Origin: Podarcis vaucheri
Lineage: Eukaryota
Strand: one strand, 5' to 3'
Assembly (NCBI GenBank): GCA_965113315.1
Contig: OZ220363.1
DNA: 64,000 bases
In this document: piece by piece, positions 49,212 through 61,910 of the stretch
Layout: each line of letters opens with the position of its first letter
Position numbering within the stretch: the stretch's first letter is position 1
The notes under the pieces: model-generated
The model's database searches: none
What the model was told of the DNA's origin: nothing
The model's input: only the letters and a program-made list of their open reading frames with translations
Position numbers and translations under genes: made by a program

Positions 49212-49280
<69 letters not shown>
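49199..49280. repeat. Compound (TG)n(AG)n microsatellite
   Basis: Perfect (TG)17 at 49217-49250 directly followed by (AG)15 at 49251-49280. Confidence 0.97.
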
Positions 49281-49283
<3 letters not shown>

Positions 49284-51196
49284 TTCGTGTACAAAGACAG
49301 CCAAGCTGCTTTTCAGTCAAGTTCACTACAGCAGCACAAGGGGGCAGAGCAGCATTAGAGATTACAGGTGAAGCCAATATTCAACTTGCTTCCTTCCCTG
49401 CTGCAAAAGTGCTTGCTTGTGCCAGTCAGATATTATTATTTTTTGTTATCGTACCAGTGAAGTCTTCTATAAAAAGCAGATTGACTGAAGTCTTGAGTAA
49501 AATTTGGACCTAACTGAAGAGTCCGAGTAGAACCTGACGGTGACTTCCTACACCTTGAATTCCTTGCTCACTTGTGCCGATGAATGAGAAACCAAATCTA
49601 GAAAATAAAATGCCAAACAGTATCAGAAATGGCAGGCTACCTCCATGAGCTCCATGGTCCACAGTGCAGCTGAACTACCTTCCTTTTGAAGCCAATATGA
49701 GAGAGAATAAATAGAGTTGCATACATGAAAAGGCTCATATAGTTGGTAGGTTTCTACTTTTCTTATTTATTTATTTTTAAATCTAAGTTTTTGGCATGTT
49801 AGTATGCAAATTGCGCTCTTCAGTTCACCCCTCATTTGTCGTGCACACGTACCTTAGAAAAGATGCCAACACAGATAGGTATGATAGACATCTATTAACG
49901 TGCCTGATGCCTAGAAAAAAATACTCATCTACTGAGTTTTCTCCTTTCCAACTTTTTTCCTTAGCATTTTAATGGAATCTTGGCATCCCTGGTATCTAAA
50001 GCCCTCTTTATCGAGGCACCTGAATTCAATGTTGTTTTCCACAGTGAAACATTGCTGAGAGCTGACATGTGTTAAGGATGTGTCTATTTTGTGTTTCATT
50101 TTGTTGTGGTCTCCTTCCCCCCACGCCCCCTTTACTGAGCTTCAAGCAGGAAAACCATGTTTCTCAACTTGGCAAAGAGGCTGTTGATAAAATGAGGGCA
50201 TGCATGCCCCCTCAATATGTCTTGATTGCTTGGTCATAATCTCTTAAGTCCTTTGATTTCAGGCTTTGACTGCAGCACATGCATTCTGGGCTAGACACCC
50301 TTGCTTTGCAACTCTCAGATCTTAAGGGGCTCTTAAACATGCATGTTGACTTTTAGCATAGCAATCTGGAGGTGGAGCTACTTCAAAATCTTCCTTTGGT
50401 ATGAAAGCAGTTCTCTAAAGAGTTCTTGTTCCTTATGTACAACCTGGTTGAAAGGTATGGGCTAGAGGAAAAATTTTCCCCTGGAGTTTTGTTCCTGCTT
50501 TCATTGTGCTAGGCTTTTAATAAGGGACCCTATTCCCTGATGTGCTAGAAGTGAGTTTATTGCTACCATCTGTTTAATTGCCCTCTCAGTTTTCTTTGGG
50601 GAATCATGAAAGTATTTTACCCTGCCTTTGAATCTCTTGGTTCTTTTAAAAGACTGGGTAAAGTACACATCAATTTCCAAAGAGTATATTAAAAACTGAT
50701 AAACAGCAGCATCTCTGAACAGTAAAACTCAAGGAAAACAATTTTTTAGATGAATGTTTGTTGTTTGTTATCAGCAAACACGGTGCTTGCTGTACAAGTA
50801 AATAAACAGGGTTATGGGCTTTTGGGTTGTTCATTTTGCGTCTAGCTTTTCCTCATCTGAAATTGTTATTTTTCATTATTTCTATCTCATAATTTCTTAT
50901 TAAGCATAATTTATACAGCCCTTTTACCAAGGATATCACAGAAATGAAGTTGTATCTTGAAATATACATGTGCTTTAAGGAGAACTGTGACCACTGAGGT
51001 ACAAATAACTCTAAATGGAACCCCAAACTCTATGATTATGTGTGGTCCATTACACATTCCTAGAAACAATAATTGTAATAACTGTGTGTAAACTTTGTAT
51101 TACACACCATGAAGTAAAGCAGTACACTTCCAAAACTATCTTATGGTAACCATGATTTGAAGAATAATACAGGTCACCATGGTTCTGAAAGTGCTG

Positions 51197-51380
51197 GTAT
51201 TCTGTAGTAGATAAGTGGCTGGATTTGAACCACCTGAGTTCAAATTTCACCTCAGCTGTGAAGCTGATTCATTATCTCTTAGGCTACCTTACCTTCATGT
51301 GTTCATTGTGAGAAAAGCAAGGGACAACACCTGTAAAACCTGAGCTTTGTGAAGGTGATGTATTTTACTTTTTAAATAAC
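51197..51380 (+). mobile_element. Old tRNA-derived SINE relic (Squam3/MIR-like)
   Basis: gtagtagataagtggctgga...gagttcaaatttcacctcagctgtgaagct resembles 22388-22582. Confidence 0.35.
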
Positions 51381-54300
51381 TCCTGTTGCTTTTCTCAAGG
51401 TCTGCATGATTACTAAGACATACTGCAAATTCTTTATAAGCATCTGTTTGAAGTGGAGAAATTGCAATGCTAAATACATATAGAAAATACTGCTCAGAGG
51501 AGTGTTGGCACTGAAGAATACACATTCTGTAACATTTGTATTATTTTGTTAAAATTGGGACAATCAGCTCCCTTCCATGTACATGTCATGCTCAAAATGC
51601 TATTAGATTCGAAATATGTAGGTACTGAAACTGAGAAGATTTGATCAAATTTCCCACAGCTAGTTTTGGGCACCTGACCTGCTTAGTTTCCCACAGGGGA
51701 AAAGAAAGCTCTGTTTCTTTAAATTCCCAATGAGAAGGGACATGTGTCTCCTTGCATTGAGTTACATTACATCACATCATGTGGCACAAAGTGACCCAAC
51801 TCAACGTGACAGGAGAAGTAAAGAAAACAGATTCTTTTAACCATGCGTGTATGTATGTATAGACCACTTTTAACAAAATGATGGCAATAAAGATATAATG
51901 AAGGGAGATGTGTACTTTTTCCACAGAGCCTAATAACATAGACTGCAGAGCTTGTCAATTCTACTTTACACAACTTAAATTACAGCAGGCATTAAGAGTG
52001 TTGCTTGCCATAGACAAAGAATAATCAAATGTTGCTTCTGCCTAAAGCAGTCATTTTTTTATTAAAATGTAGTAGGTCGCTGTATATACATTTTTAAAAG
52101 TAATTATTGATTTGGGTCCAAGTTCAACTGAACATATATGCAGCAGTGGGGTATTGGCTGTAGTGCCTCCACTGAGCTCACAACTAAGTCCTGTGATTCA
52201 GAGATGTAATTTGTGAGAACCAGCACTCCCCTTCCTATAGGGTTTATATGTACAATCCTAAGAGTACAGCTGAAAACTGTAGGGGTATGTGTAGACCTGA
52301 GGGGAAGTGCACAGTGCCTGGCCACTTATATGGAGGGCACTGCATCATTCATCCCAACATGAATCTGTATATTAACATTAGAAAAATATCTAAGCCTCAG
52401 TTTAGAGGTACAGTCAGCACCTGAATCCATTTCAGTCAGCACTTGAATGCATGAACTGACTCCACTGAAAAATATTCTTTGAAGTGACAGGAAAATTATG
52501 CTGGTTTGATTTGTAATTGCTTGTTCACACATGGTAGTTGTTGTCTGATGATGGAGCCATCAAGCAATGAACATAGAATGCTGCAGGAACTTTGTGTATA
52601 TCAAGTTTTGTCTGTGTAGCTCCTTGCCTGATATTATGGTGGCTGATGGAACTTTGAAACACTATTTTATCTATCAAACTTGTGATACTTTAAAAAAAAC
52701 CAACCCCCCCCAAGCAGCGACTACAAAATATTTGTACCTGATAAATTCTAAACTGCATTAATGCACAAAGTGTGGCTGCCCATGGTTGCAGTTATTGAAG
52801 TTGTAACTGAAATGATGTCTTGCTTATTTGATCTTCAACCAGTAGCTCTTATCCGGTAGCTTTTGTTTCACATTAAAGACACTAACGATTGTCTCCACAA
52901 AGTGAGCAGCTTAATAGTCAGAAAATGTTAAACCAGGGTGTGGAGGGGGTTGATAATCACCTTTGATAGCTCTTCATTGCAACATCATATACCAACCATG
53001 AACTGCAAGCCAAGTATTAATAGATCTGTTTAATAAAACAACTCAAAGTCCAATTTCAAACAGGATTTATTAGCTTGTGCTCCTCTAGGCAAAGCCGCAA
53101 TTATTCAGTTTATACCTGAAAAGGGAGTGAGGAATGTTTTCCCTGCTCCTGCATCAAAACTGTGCTCAGTTTGTGTGTATGAAATGACAGCTTCCACCTT
53201 CCTCTTTTGAATCCAGCTTCTAGTTTTTCAGAGGGAGAGGGAAGAGAATCAAAAACACACTGTTCATTTGCTATAGAGCTGCTGTGACTGCCTTTAGGCA
53301 GGTAACTATGAGCCTGTGTTCCCATCCATGGTGTCTGTATTGGTAATGGCTGACTACCAAGTTTGTTGAATGATAGACACATCTTATCCCCAATGCAACT
53401 TTCCCCCCAATTGCAGAACTTTAATTTCTCCTTTAGGAATGAATGACAGCCATTCCGTTTGTAAGGACATATCCTGGGGTACTCAGAGTAACAGAATTCA
53501 ATGGGATCTTCTGAAACCTTAGTCAGATTTTCAGGTGCCATGGGACCCAAACTAGGGCTTTTGTGGTTCTGGTTAAGATATCTTTGTTAATGTCAAAGTA
53601 AAATGCTGCTTCTCAGCTCTAGAGTCCAAATGAAAGAGAACAGTATGTAATTTCAGACACCTTTTAACTGTTGAAAGAGAAAGAAAAACACTCAGAAGCA
53701 ACTTAGTTTTTTAAAGGAAAAGAAAAGAACAATACTTTTGTAATTCTGCATTTCTGATGAAAATCACATATAGGGGTTCTTGAAGAATTCAGTCTTTGTA
53801 AATTCCTAAGAATGTACCTCTCATCTACTGGGTAACTGGCCTAATGTGTGGATCAGAACTTAAGTTAGCCACTGGATTTTTGATGTTCACGTGTTCCGGT
53901 GCAGTGATCTGTTTTTTTTTAAAAAAAACATATTAAAATGTCTAGACAAACAAGCTTTGATGTACAATGGGGTATACTATGTATGTATGGTATTACCCTT
54001 CTATGTATTGCCCTTCTTGGAATTACAAATCTGGCTTTTGCTCAAATTGGAAAAAAAGCTTCCTCCTAAGATCAGATCCCTAAATTTTATCTTGATGAAA
54101 TAATGTTTGATCAGTGGATGATCTAAATGAGGAATCTCTTCTTTGAAGTTTGATTGACACAGGTGATTCTGAAGTCAGAAACATGTTTGGTCATATAATG
54201 TACTGTAAAACTCAGCTCTGAGAGAAGAGGCACTATGAGAGGCATGGGAATATAAAGTGTTCAAACTTTTAATTTGGTCATTTTTACTGTCTGTGAATAC

Positions 54301-54855
54301 GAATTCCCTTACCTGATTACTGTGTGAAATGTACCATGTACTGGAATCCAGGAAGATAGTCTTTCAGTTGTAATTGTGAGTTTAAACAATGGAAAGACAT
54401 CTTCCCTAACATCTTTCCTGGGAACGGTTCATACCAGATAAATGTAGCCATCAGCAGACAGCCGTGTTTTATTTGTGATGCATTCTGACTTTGTTTATTA
54501 AGTAATCATTTCTGGGTACAAGTGTCAACACAATTTGCTTTTTGAATAATGTGAAGCAGATAACCTCAATTAGCAAGCAATTACGGTAATTTTCATACTA
54601 AATGCTCTCCTTAATTGTTTTCGAAACCTGAAACTAAAACTGTAATAAATAATGAATGGTGAGAATACATTGATTTAAGGGGCTCCATGGTGATTTTTCT
54701 ATAGAGATGTGCTCAACCTACCAAGCAAAATTCCAAAAACCAGTATGGGTTCAATGTGGATTTGGCAGGCTGGGATAAAAGGCTTAATCATGGACTTATA
54801 CTTTGCCTTCTTCCTCACAGTAACTCTTCCTTATATCTCCTCTTATAAGATACCA

Positions 54856-54897
54856 TGTTCTTCTGTTCTTCTGTTCTTCTGTTCTTCTGTTCCTTCT
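54856..54897. repeat. (TGTTCTTC)n 8-bp tandem repeat, about 5 units
   Basis: Read directly from the sequence. Confidence 0.9.
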
Positions 54898-55368
54898 AGA
54901 ATCTATCCAATACATGCTCCTTCCTGAACTTATTTAATCTGATAGATGTCCTGCTCAGTTATTTCTGTTAAAAGAACCCTAGTTTTCTATTGCCTCATCC
55001 ACTGAAGTACCCACTATTTCCACTTATGTCTACTTATACTTTTAAACTAGGCTGCCAAATCCATATGGGGATCTGAGAGATGAGGGAAAGGGTGGGTTGG
55101 CCATATGAAGCTGTAATTTAAATACCGTGGAACATGCTGGATGTTGTATATCCTATGGCAGTTTGTTCAGTAGCTCTGTTTTGTAAAATCTGCATGCATT
55201 GTTGCTCAGATCCAAGACTTGTGAAGCCTGTGAACCCGTTGATTCACTCCTGTCTTTCAGGGGACCCCATAAGAGCACCAAAAGAAATAGCTGCTCAACG
55301 ATTTGTTTTTTACTGGATTTTTTTTTATAAACGTGACAGAAACCCAGTCAATAATATGAATTTAATAC

Positions 55369-55726
55369 GCGGGTGGCGCTGTGGGTTAAAGCCTCAGCGC
55401 CTAGGGCTTGCCGATCGAAAGGTCGGCAGTTCGAATCCCCGCGGCGGGGTGCGCTCCCGCTGCTCGGTCCCAGCGCCTGCCAACCTAGCAGTTCGAAAGC
55501 ACCCCCGGGGGCAAGTAGATAAATAGGTACCGCTTACCAGCGGGAAGGTAAACGGCGTTCCGTGTGCGGCTCTGGCTCGCCAGATGCAGCTTTGTCACGC
55601 TGGCCACGTGACCCGGAAGTGTCTCCGGACAGCGCTGGCCCCCGGCCAATAAATGTGAGATGGGCGCACAAACCCCACAGTCTGTCAAGACTGGCCCGTT
55701 CGGGCAGGGGTACCTTTAACTTTACC
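55369..55726 (+). mobile_element. Sauria SINE, full length, young CpG-rich subfamily
   Basis: Head gcgggtggcgctgtggg, B-box gttcgaatcc and an ACCTTT tail. 8-bp TSD TTTAATAC at 55361-55368 and 55727-55734. Confidence 0.93.
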
Positions 55727-58164
55727 TTTAATACCTGCAGTGGGTTGAATGTATGTTTAAATTGAAACGGGTCTATTCCTCAGTATTAACAGCATTCACA
55801 CATGCTCACAAATGGGAGTGGGCGAACAGGATCAAAAAATTAGTGTCACGTGCAAAAATGCCCTCACACCTTATTTTCGGATCATAAGATCACTATTTTT
55901 ATAGTCAGTTGTTCAGGCTGTTGCAATAATCCTCACAATGTAGTAGAAATACCAACAGAAGCATCTTCCGAAGTGTGAAGGAAGAAAGTTTGTAGGAAAG
56001 GGCAATGCTAATGGTACTGGATATAACAGGGCACTTTAATATTTAATTGTGCGGCTTTGTCTTAAGGTTCTAAACGGTCTGTTAATAAATGCCCCATAGT
56101 AAGCAGGGTCATGTGTATTACTTCAAATGGATAAACAACAGCCCAGATTCAACTAACGAGTTGTTCTAGCAGGAACTGGCAATGCAATGGGGCTTTCTCC
56201 CTTCCCCTCCCCATGTGTCCCCCATCAGCTCTGGGGGCTTGGGAGAACTCCCAGAGCAGCATGCAAGGTGAGGAGAGGGCAACTGTGCCTTCTAGGAAGC
56301 AGAAATACTTGTGCTAATGGAACAGTCCTTGTAATGAATTCACCACACCACGTGTGTTCTGTGCCCCTGGTCAGATTATAGGAAGTGCTAGCCTCCTATC
56401 TAAGGTGAGGAACCTGCAGGCCTCAAAATGTTGCTGCACAGCAACTCCCATCATCCGTAGCTGGTAGCCGTATATGTGAAAGGCTGCACCTGTTAAAATT
56501 CCCAACAAGTGGAAAGAATTGACTGAGGGTATCTGCAGTCCATCACAGGGACAATTCATCACAGGGGAAATTCAGTTAATGATATAGTAAGCACAGGTTC
56601 TGAGCATCTAAAAGATTTCACTGATGAGTAAAAACATATATGTTTAAAAAGTGCTTTATGTAATTTTGTGACATATGCCTAAACATAAACAAGGCTCCAA
56701 GCAGTGGCAATTAGAAACATTTTGTGGGATCCCCTCCCTGTACCCCAATCCCTTATTCACCTTGTTAATGTAGATGTCCACTGCAGTCTGTTAGATGTCT
56801 AAATAGTTGAAAGTTGCACTCAGATGTTACAGGTGGTGTGTGGTTTATAGTTTTAGCCATTCTACACTGTACACTGCTTCATCCACAGTGTTAACAATAG
56901 TACATATTTCATCCGTCGTCTTCTAATTATTGTTAACTTCAGCAAGCACCATTGCAAAATCCATCAAAAATGAGTTTTCACAGCAGTGCTTTATGTGGCC
57001 ATTGATTTTCTCTCATGTGGTTTTTCTTCATGTGCCTTGTTCTCGGTGACCCTGAGACTCAGCTTTGTTCTGGACTTGTAGCCCATGGCAGTAAAGTGGG
57101 GGAGATGAGGCATGAGCTGAGATGTAGAGCATGCATAAAGGAGGAGACATGTAAAAACTGAAATGACATGGCAGCTGAAACATCTTGTTGCTCATCCGGG
57201 TTGCATGTTTGAGGAGAGAATGGGAAGTAAATTGTGATATGCAACTGAATAACAGCCGACAGGGTGGATGGTTTTAAGGTATGTGGATGCTCAGTCACAT
57301 AGCGCAGGCAGAAGGCCAAAGGACAAGGAGCTGTTGGGTGTCCTTACAGTCAGATTGTAGCCTTATAGCCTAAAAAGACGAGGAGGCATTGATTTACAAA
57401 AACACAAAACACAGAGCTCATCTAAACTCCAGAAAGACAGAGAGCACCAGGCTTTAAAATGAATTCGACATGCTGTTTTATAACAATTTGAAATTCAATA
57501 GCTGTCATATGTGACATAATATTTTTGCACCTTAAGTATCTAATTGTTATGTATGCTTGCTACTAATAATAATGGCACACCTGCCTCATGTCATAGGAAG
57601 CGTACATCAGTCACTGAAACATGCATGGCTTTGTGATTTTCCCATTAAGCTTGTAGCATTGTTTTTCAGCTCTAACCTAAGGCTTTGTCTGTACCAGCTA
57701 TTGCACTTAAGTTATTCCTAGGACTCACCTGTGTCCCAGGAGACCCTTGATCTGACCTTTATGTGCTAAAAGATGATGTGCAAAATCGCAGGCATAACTT
57801 GCAAAAAAATCCTCTGGCAACCAGAACTCTAGCCAGCTGCTTTAAAGGGTGGGTTGGAAGCTTTGTTGCTGTGCAGATTCTTTGAAGTGGGCACCTCCTG
57901 GTCTAGTTACTTTTATTGAAGTGAAGTGTTTCCCTTTCCTAATCACAAAGTAATTAGACCACATTCTGCTTATGAAATAATTACTGGGAGGAAAGGAACC
58001 TGTTTCTTAAGCAGGCTGTAGGCATGCTCAGGCCTGAACACACAAATGCTCAAACTGTGAGGGGGGGGGGGACAGAGGTACACATGCAAGCTCCACTCCC
58101 AACACCCCCAGGGCTGTGGGCTCCTCTTTAGATCTTTGTCTGGATAAGCCCCGTTAAGGCAGGG

Positions 58165-58311
58165 CAGTGGCGTAGCGTGGGTTGTCAGCACCCGGGGCAA
58201 GGCAAGTAATTTGCGCTCCCTAACCCGTGGATTTGCGCCCCCTAACCCTAACCCCCAGATGTTGCGCCCGGTGCGGCCGGCCCCCCCTGCACCCCCCACG
58301 CTACGCCACTG
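58165..58311. mobile_element. hAT-type MITE (147 bp), young
   Basis: Perfect 17-bp TIR CAGTGGCGTAGCGTGGG and exact 8-bp TSD AGGCAGGG at 58157-58164 and 58312-58319. Confidence 0.92.
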
Positions 58312-61300
58312 AGGCAGGGCTCCCAGTCACTGAGCCATTTCTGAAAGCATTCAGCTACATGTGCTGAACCTCCCTTCAGACCCCCATGTTAAAGGCCCAG
58401 TGGTCTGAGGAGGCTCCCGCACACTTAGAGACAGGGATTGTATGTATGCCCTCATCCATGCTTTGAGCACTTGTACGTTCACATGAATGCCTGACCACAA
58501 GTTGTATAGCACGAAAAGCTCCAGCCATCTTGCCTACCTGAAACAGCAGGCTGCAAGGCCTATCTATTTGCAGTTTTATTTTTAAGCATCTGTTCTAGCA
58601 TGTCAGTTCTGGAGTTTTCTTTAGCCAACATTCACAGGATTTATCACTGTAGGAAATGTCTACCTTTGATTCATTCTCAGTGGAGAAAACCCAGAAGAGC
58701 CATAATTGGGAGTGCTACCTTGGATATGAAAAGGACTGCACCTGCTGTTCCAGTGGCCTTACCCTTGGAAGCGCAACTGGTGCAAACAGTCCTAAATGAT
58801 TAAGACTACCCCTGAGTTGAAGACTACAATCCAAGGGTGTTTGTCGCACAGTTTTGAGGCACTTATTCATTATGGTCCAAGCCACTGAAGGGGCCACGTG
58901 CCCTTCTTCACATACAGATAATTGGAACGAAAACAAAACAAATGTGATGCTGTTGCTGAGCTCACTGTCTGAACAAGCTGTCTCAGTAGAAACACCAAGG
59001 TACTAGGCAATATCATCACATTTGAAATGAATTGACTATCCACCTTGTTTGCTTTCCAGCTTTCCTAATTTATTGGCTGTATTTGTTTTTCTTATCTATC
59101 CTGTGACATACAAGGAAATGGAGGAAGAGATAGAGAAATGGCTATTCCCCAGGTTGGGGTTTTCTTGTTTGCTATTTGTCAATTTACTTTTGGCCCTTTT
59201 TTCATTTATTATATTGTTCTCAGAAGTACTTTAAGAAACTTTAGACCTTAAAATTATAATAAAAAGATGTATTTCACAAAAGAAAACTTAGCCCTCAGAC
59301 AGTTCTCTGTGGAATAATAAAACAAACATATGCCCGCATCCAAAGCCCCTTCGTGAAATGAAACCGAATGCTGAGAAGGAATCCCATGACCTTCACAAGC
59401 AGGAGAGCCTCTTCAATTTAAAGCAAAAGAAACAAAAATATTGCCCTGCTTTAAAAATGCCACAGTCGTCTTTAATTAATTACTCAACTCTGAATGAGAC
59501 ACTTTTTGCTGTTGTTGTTTATACTTACAAATATTTTGATCAGGACTAAATTTAAAATGTGTGTTTTGTGAATAAACTTCCTTGGCTGCTCTTTCTTTAT
59601 TGGTGCCATAATTTTGACTTATGGGTATTTTGATCCTGTGTAGAGGCTAGCTGCGGCTTCATGATGATAATCTAAATTATAGTCTGATTTCCATTCTAGT
59701 AGCTTTCTCCTCCCCCACCCCCAACAATTACCTTAGTTTCAGGCAGTCATCTTTGTGATAATAGAGGTATTGATAGAAAGAGCTATTGAAAGCATTCCCC
59801 TTTCTATAGCTTTATCATTGTATTAGATTTGTTTGTTTGTTTGGAAATGGTATGCCGCCTTTGAGACTTTTACAACAGAAAGATGGTATATAAATATCTT
59901 AAATAAGAAATCACAATTTTTTGCTTGGCATGCTAAGTACGCACAGTTTTGATTAACTGCAACACAGCACACAGTGTTAGCATAGAGGAAGGACTTCCTG
60001 CAGGAGAAAAAGTGATCACTTACAATATTTTGCAGGCTGCCCATCTAAACCCATCATTGCCTGGCACCTACACACTAAGGGCAAGGTTCCAGCGAACTTG
60101 TGAGTGGGCAGCATGCCATCTGAACAGATGGGCATGGAAGTAGGCAGCCAGTAGACCATGTATGTGCATCAACTGTGGGTGTTGAGGGCAAGATTCCCAA
60201 TGGAGAGTGTCCAAACAGCTGTCTGGCCTGAGCCAACATGCCTACGACCAAGGAAGAGTGCCATCCCTAAATCCTGCTGAGTTGGATTAACCTTCAAAAA
60301 ATAAAAATTGCTTCTGCAGTAGCATAAGGTGAGCTTTTGGCTTGTTTAAATCTGGGAGAATGAATTAGGCAGGCGAGATAAAAAGAAGCACTAATGAAGC
60401 ATCCGCTAGAGGGGAATAAATATAGGGCAAGGAGTATTAAAAATACCACTAACACAAGGGCATTTCTCAGTAGATATTAGCCAGCAGTTTGTAGCATTCT
60501 TGTTAACTCTTCAGCTCCCGGAATGGTAAAAACTTTCAAAAAGGGCAACATTCCAGCAGAACTGAAACACCCTTCTGGTGGAGCTATCTCATTTTCCAAT
60601 GTGTCATTTTAAATACACTGGGAACGTTGTTATGCCCTATTCTGCAGCTCTAGTTGTATGCAAGTATGAATGTGTGCATAAGAATGTGAATACTATGGAT
60701 GTACTTCAATTTATGCCTGCAGTTCTCAGCCCAGCAAATGAGTTGTCCTTAGCTAGATCACTTTATTAGTATCTAATTGTTTGATATAACAGGACACAGT
60801 GGGAGAGAAAACTGCTGCTGCTTTTGCCAACAGCTTTGGTATTGGACTTGGACCTGGGGAAACCACTCTTCATATTCTGTTCTTGATGGTCTTTGAACTT
60901 GATGGTTCTTTAACTTCCGTTACCTATCTGTAAAATGGGAGTTACTGTGACCTGTTTTTTAAAAGATGAGTTAAACATTTTGAAACATGCTATATTAATG
61001 CTTATTAAAATTCAACTAATAAACCTGGCTAAGTGCCATGGAAACTTTATGAGAAAATTTAAAAAAATCATTGTAAAAATTAGAAAATGAAGCTGAGATT
61101 CAAGGCTTGAGCAACAGAAAGTCAAGTACAACTAGGATGTGATTGATTATAAGTTCATGCACTAGTTTATATGTTATATGTTATGTCTTTCATAGCAAAC
61201 TTATTTGCAGTATTTTCCACTAGGTTTAGTTGTTTCATGCCTATAACTTGTAGCTCAATTTCCCATGTGAAATGGCTGCATAGGAATCATGTCCTACAAC

Positions 61301-61669
61301 CGTATGTTCTTAGTAATGGCAGGAAAGCTCAACATAAGACAGAGTAAGCCACGTCTATAGAGTAAGCAGCTCTACATACTACTGTAATTATGCCATTCTG
61401 AAGATTGGTTCAGGCTGATTCTACATATTGCCTATAATGTATGGCCTGGCTCTAAGATGACTGATACAATTTCACATTTGTAACTGAGCAGATTTGGGTC
61501 GGGCCTACACTTGTGAGAGAGACCAAATGAGAACCTTGTGTGTATTGCTTTAAGCCACATACAAGAAGGATGTGACAAAAGAATAGCAGTGTTTCATAAA
61601 AGGAATGAATTGAGTCAGGGAACTAAGAATATAGCTTATCATTTTGTTGTAACTAAGATAATAAAAACA

Positions 61670-61910
61670 AAATATGACCCCTGGCCTATATAGTCTAGTA
61701 TCCTGTTCCCCAAAGTGGCCTCTCATGTCCCTTCAGGAAGTCCACAGGCAGGACATGAAAACCATAGGCTCTTCCTTTCTGTTGCCCACTTCCACCAGCT
61801 ATTATTCAGTGATCAATAAGCTTGGGCTCTGAATTTGACCAGTCCCTTAGGCCATCTAAGATATTAGCCACCATCCCATCTTGCAGAAGTGAATTTCAAA
61901 AATTATGTGC
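61670..61910 (-). mobile_element. Old CR1 3' fragment
   Basis: tagtctagtatcctgttcccca...ggaagtccacaggcaggacatga...gccatctaag resembles reptile CR1 3' ends and 24935-25130. Confidence 0.5.

Noticed and set aside
53110-53550. 146-aa minus-strand ORF (also the 141-aa ORF at 42388-42813)
   Set aside because: No recognisable domain or exon support. ORFs of this length are expected by chance in 64 kb.
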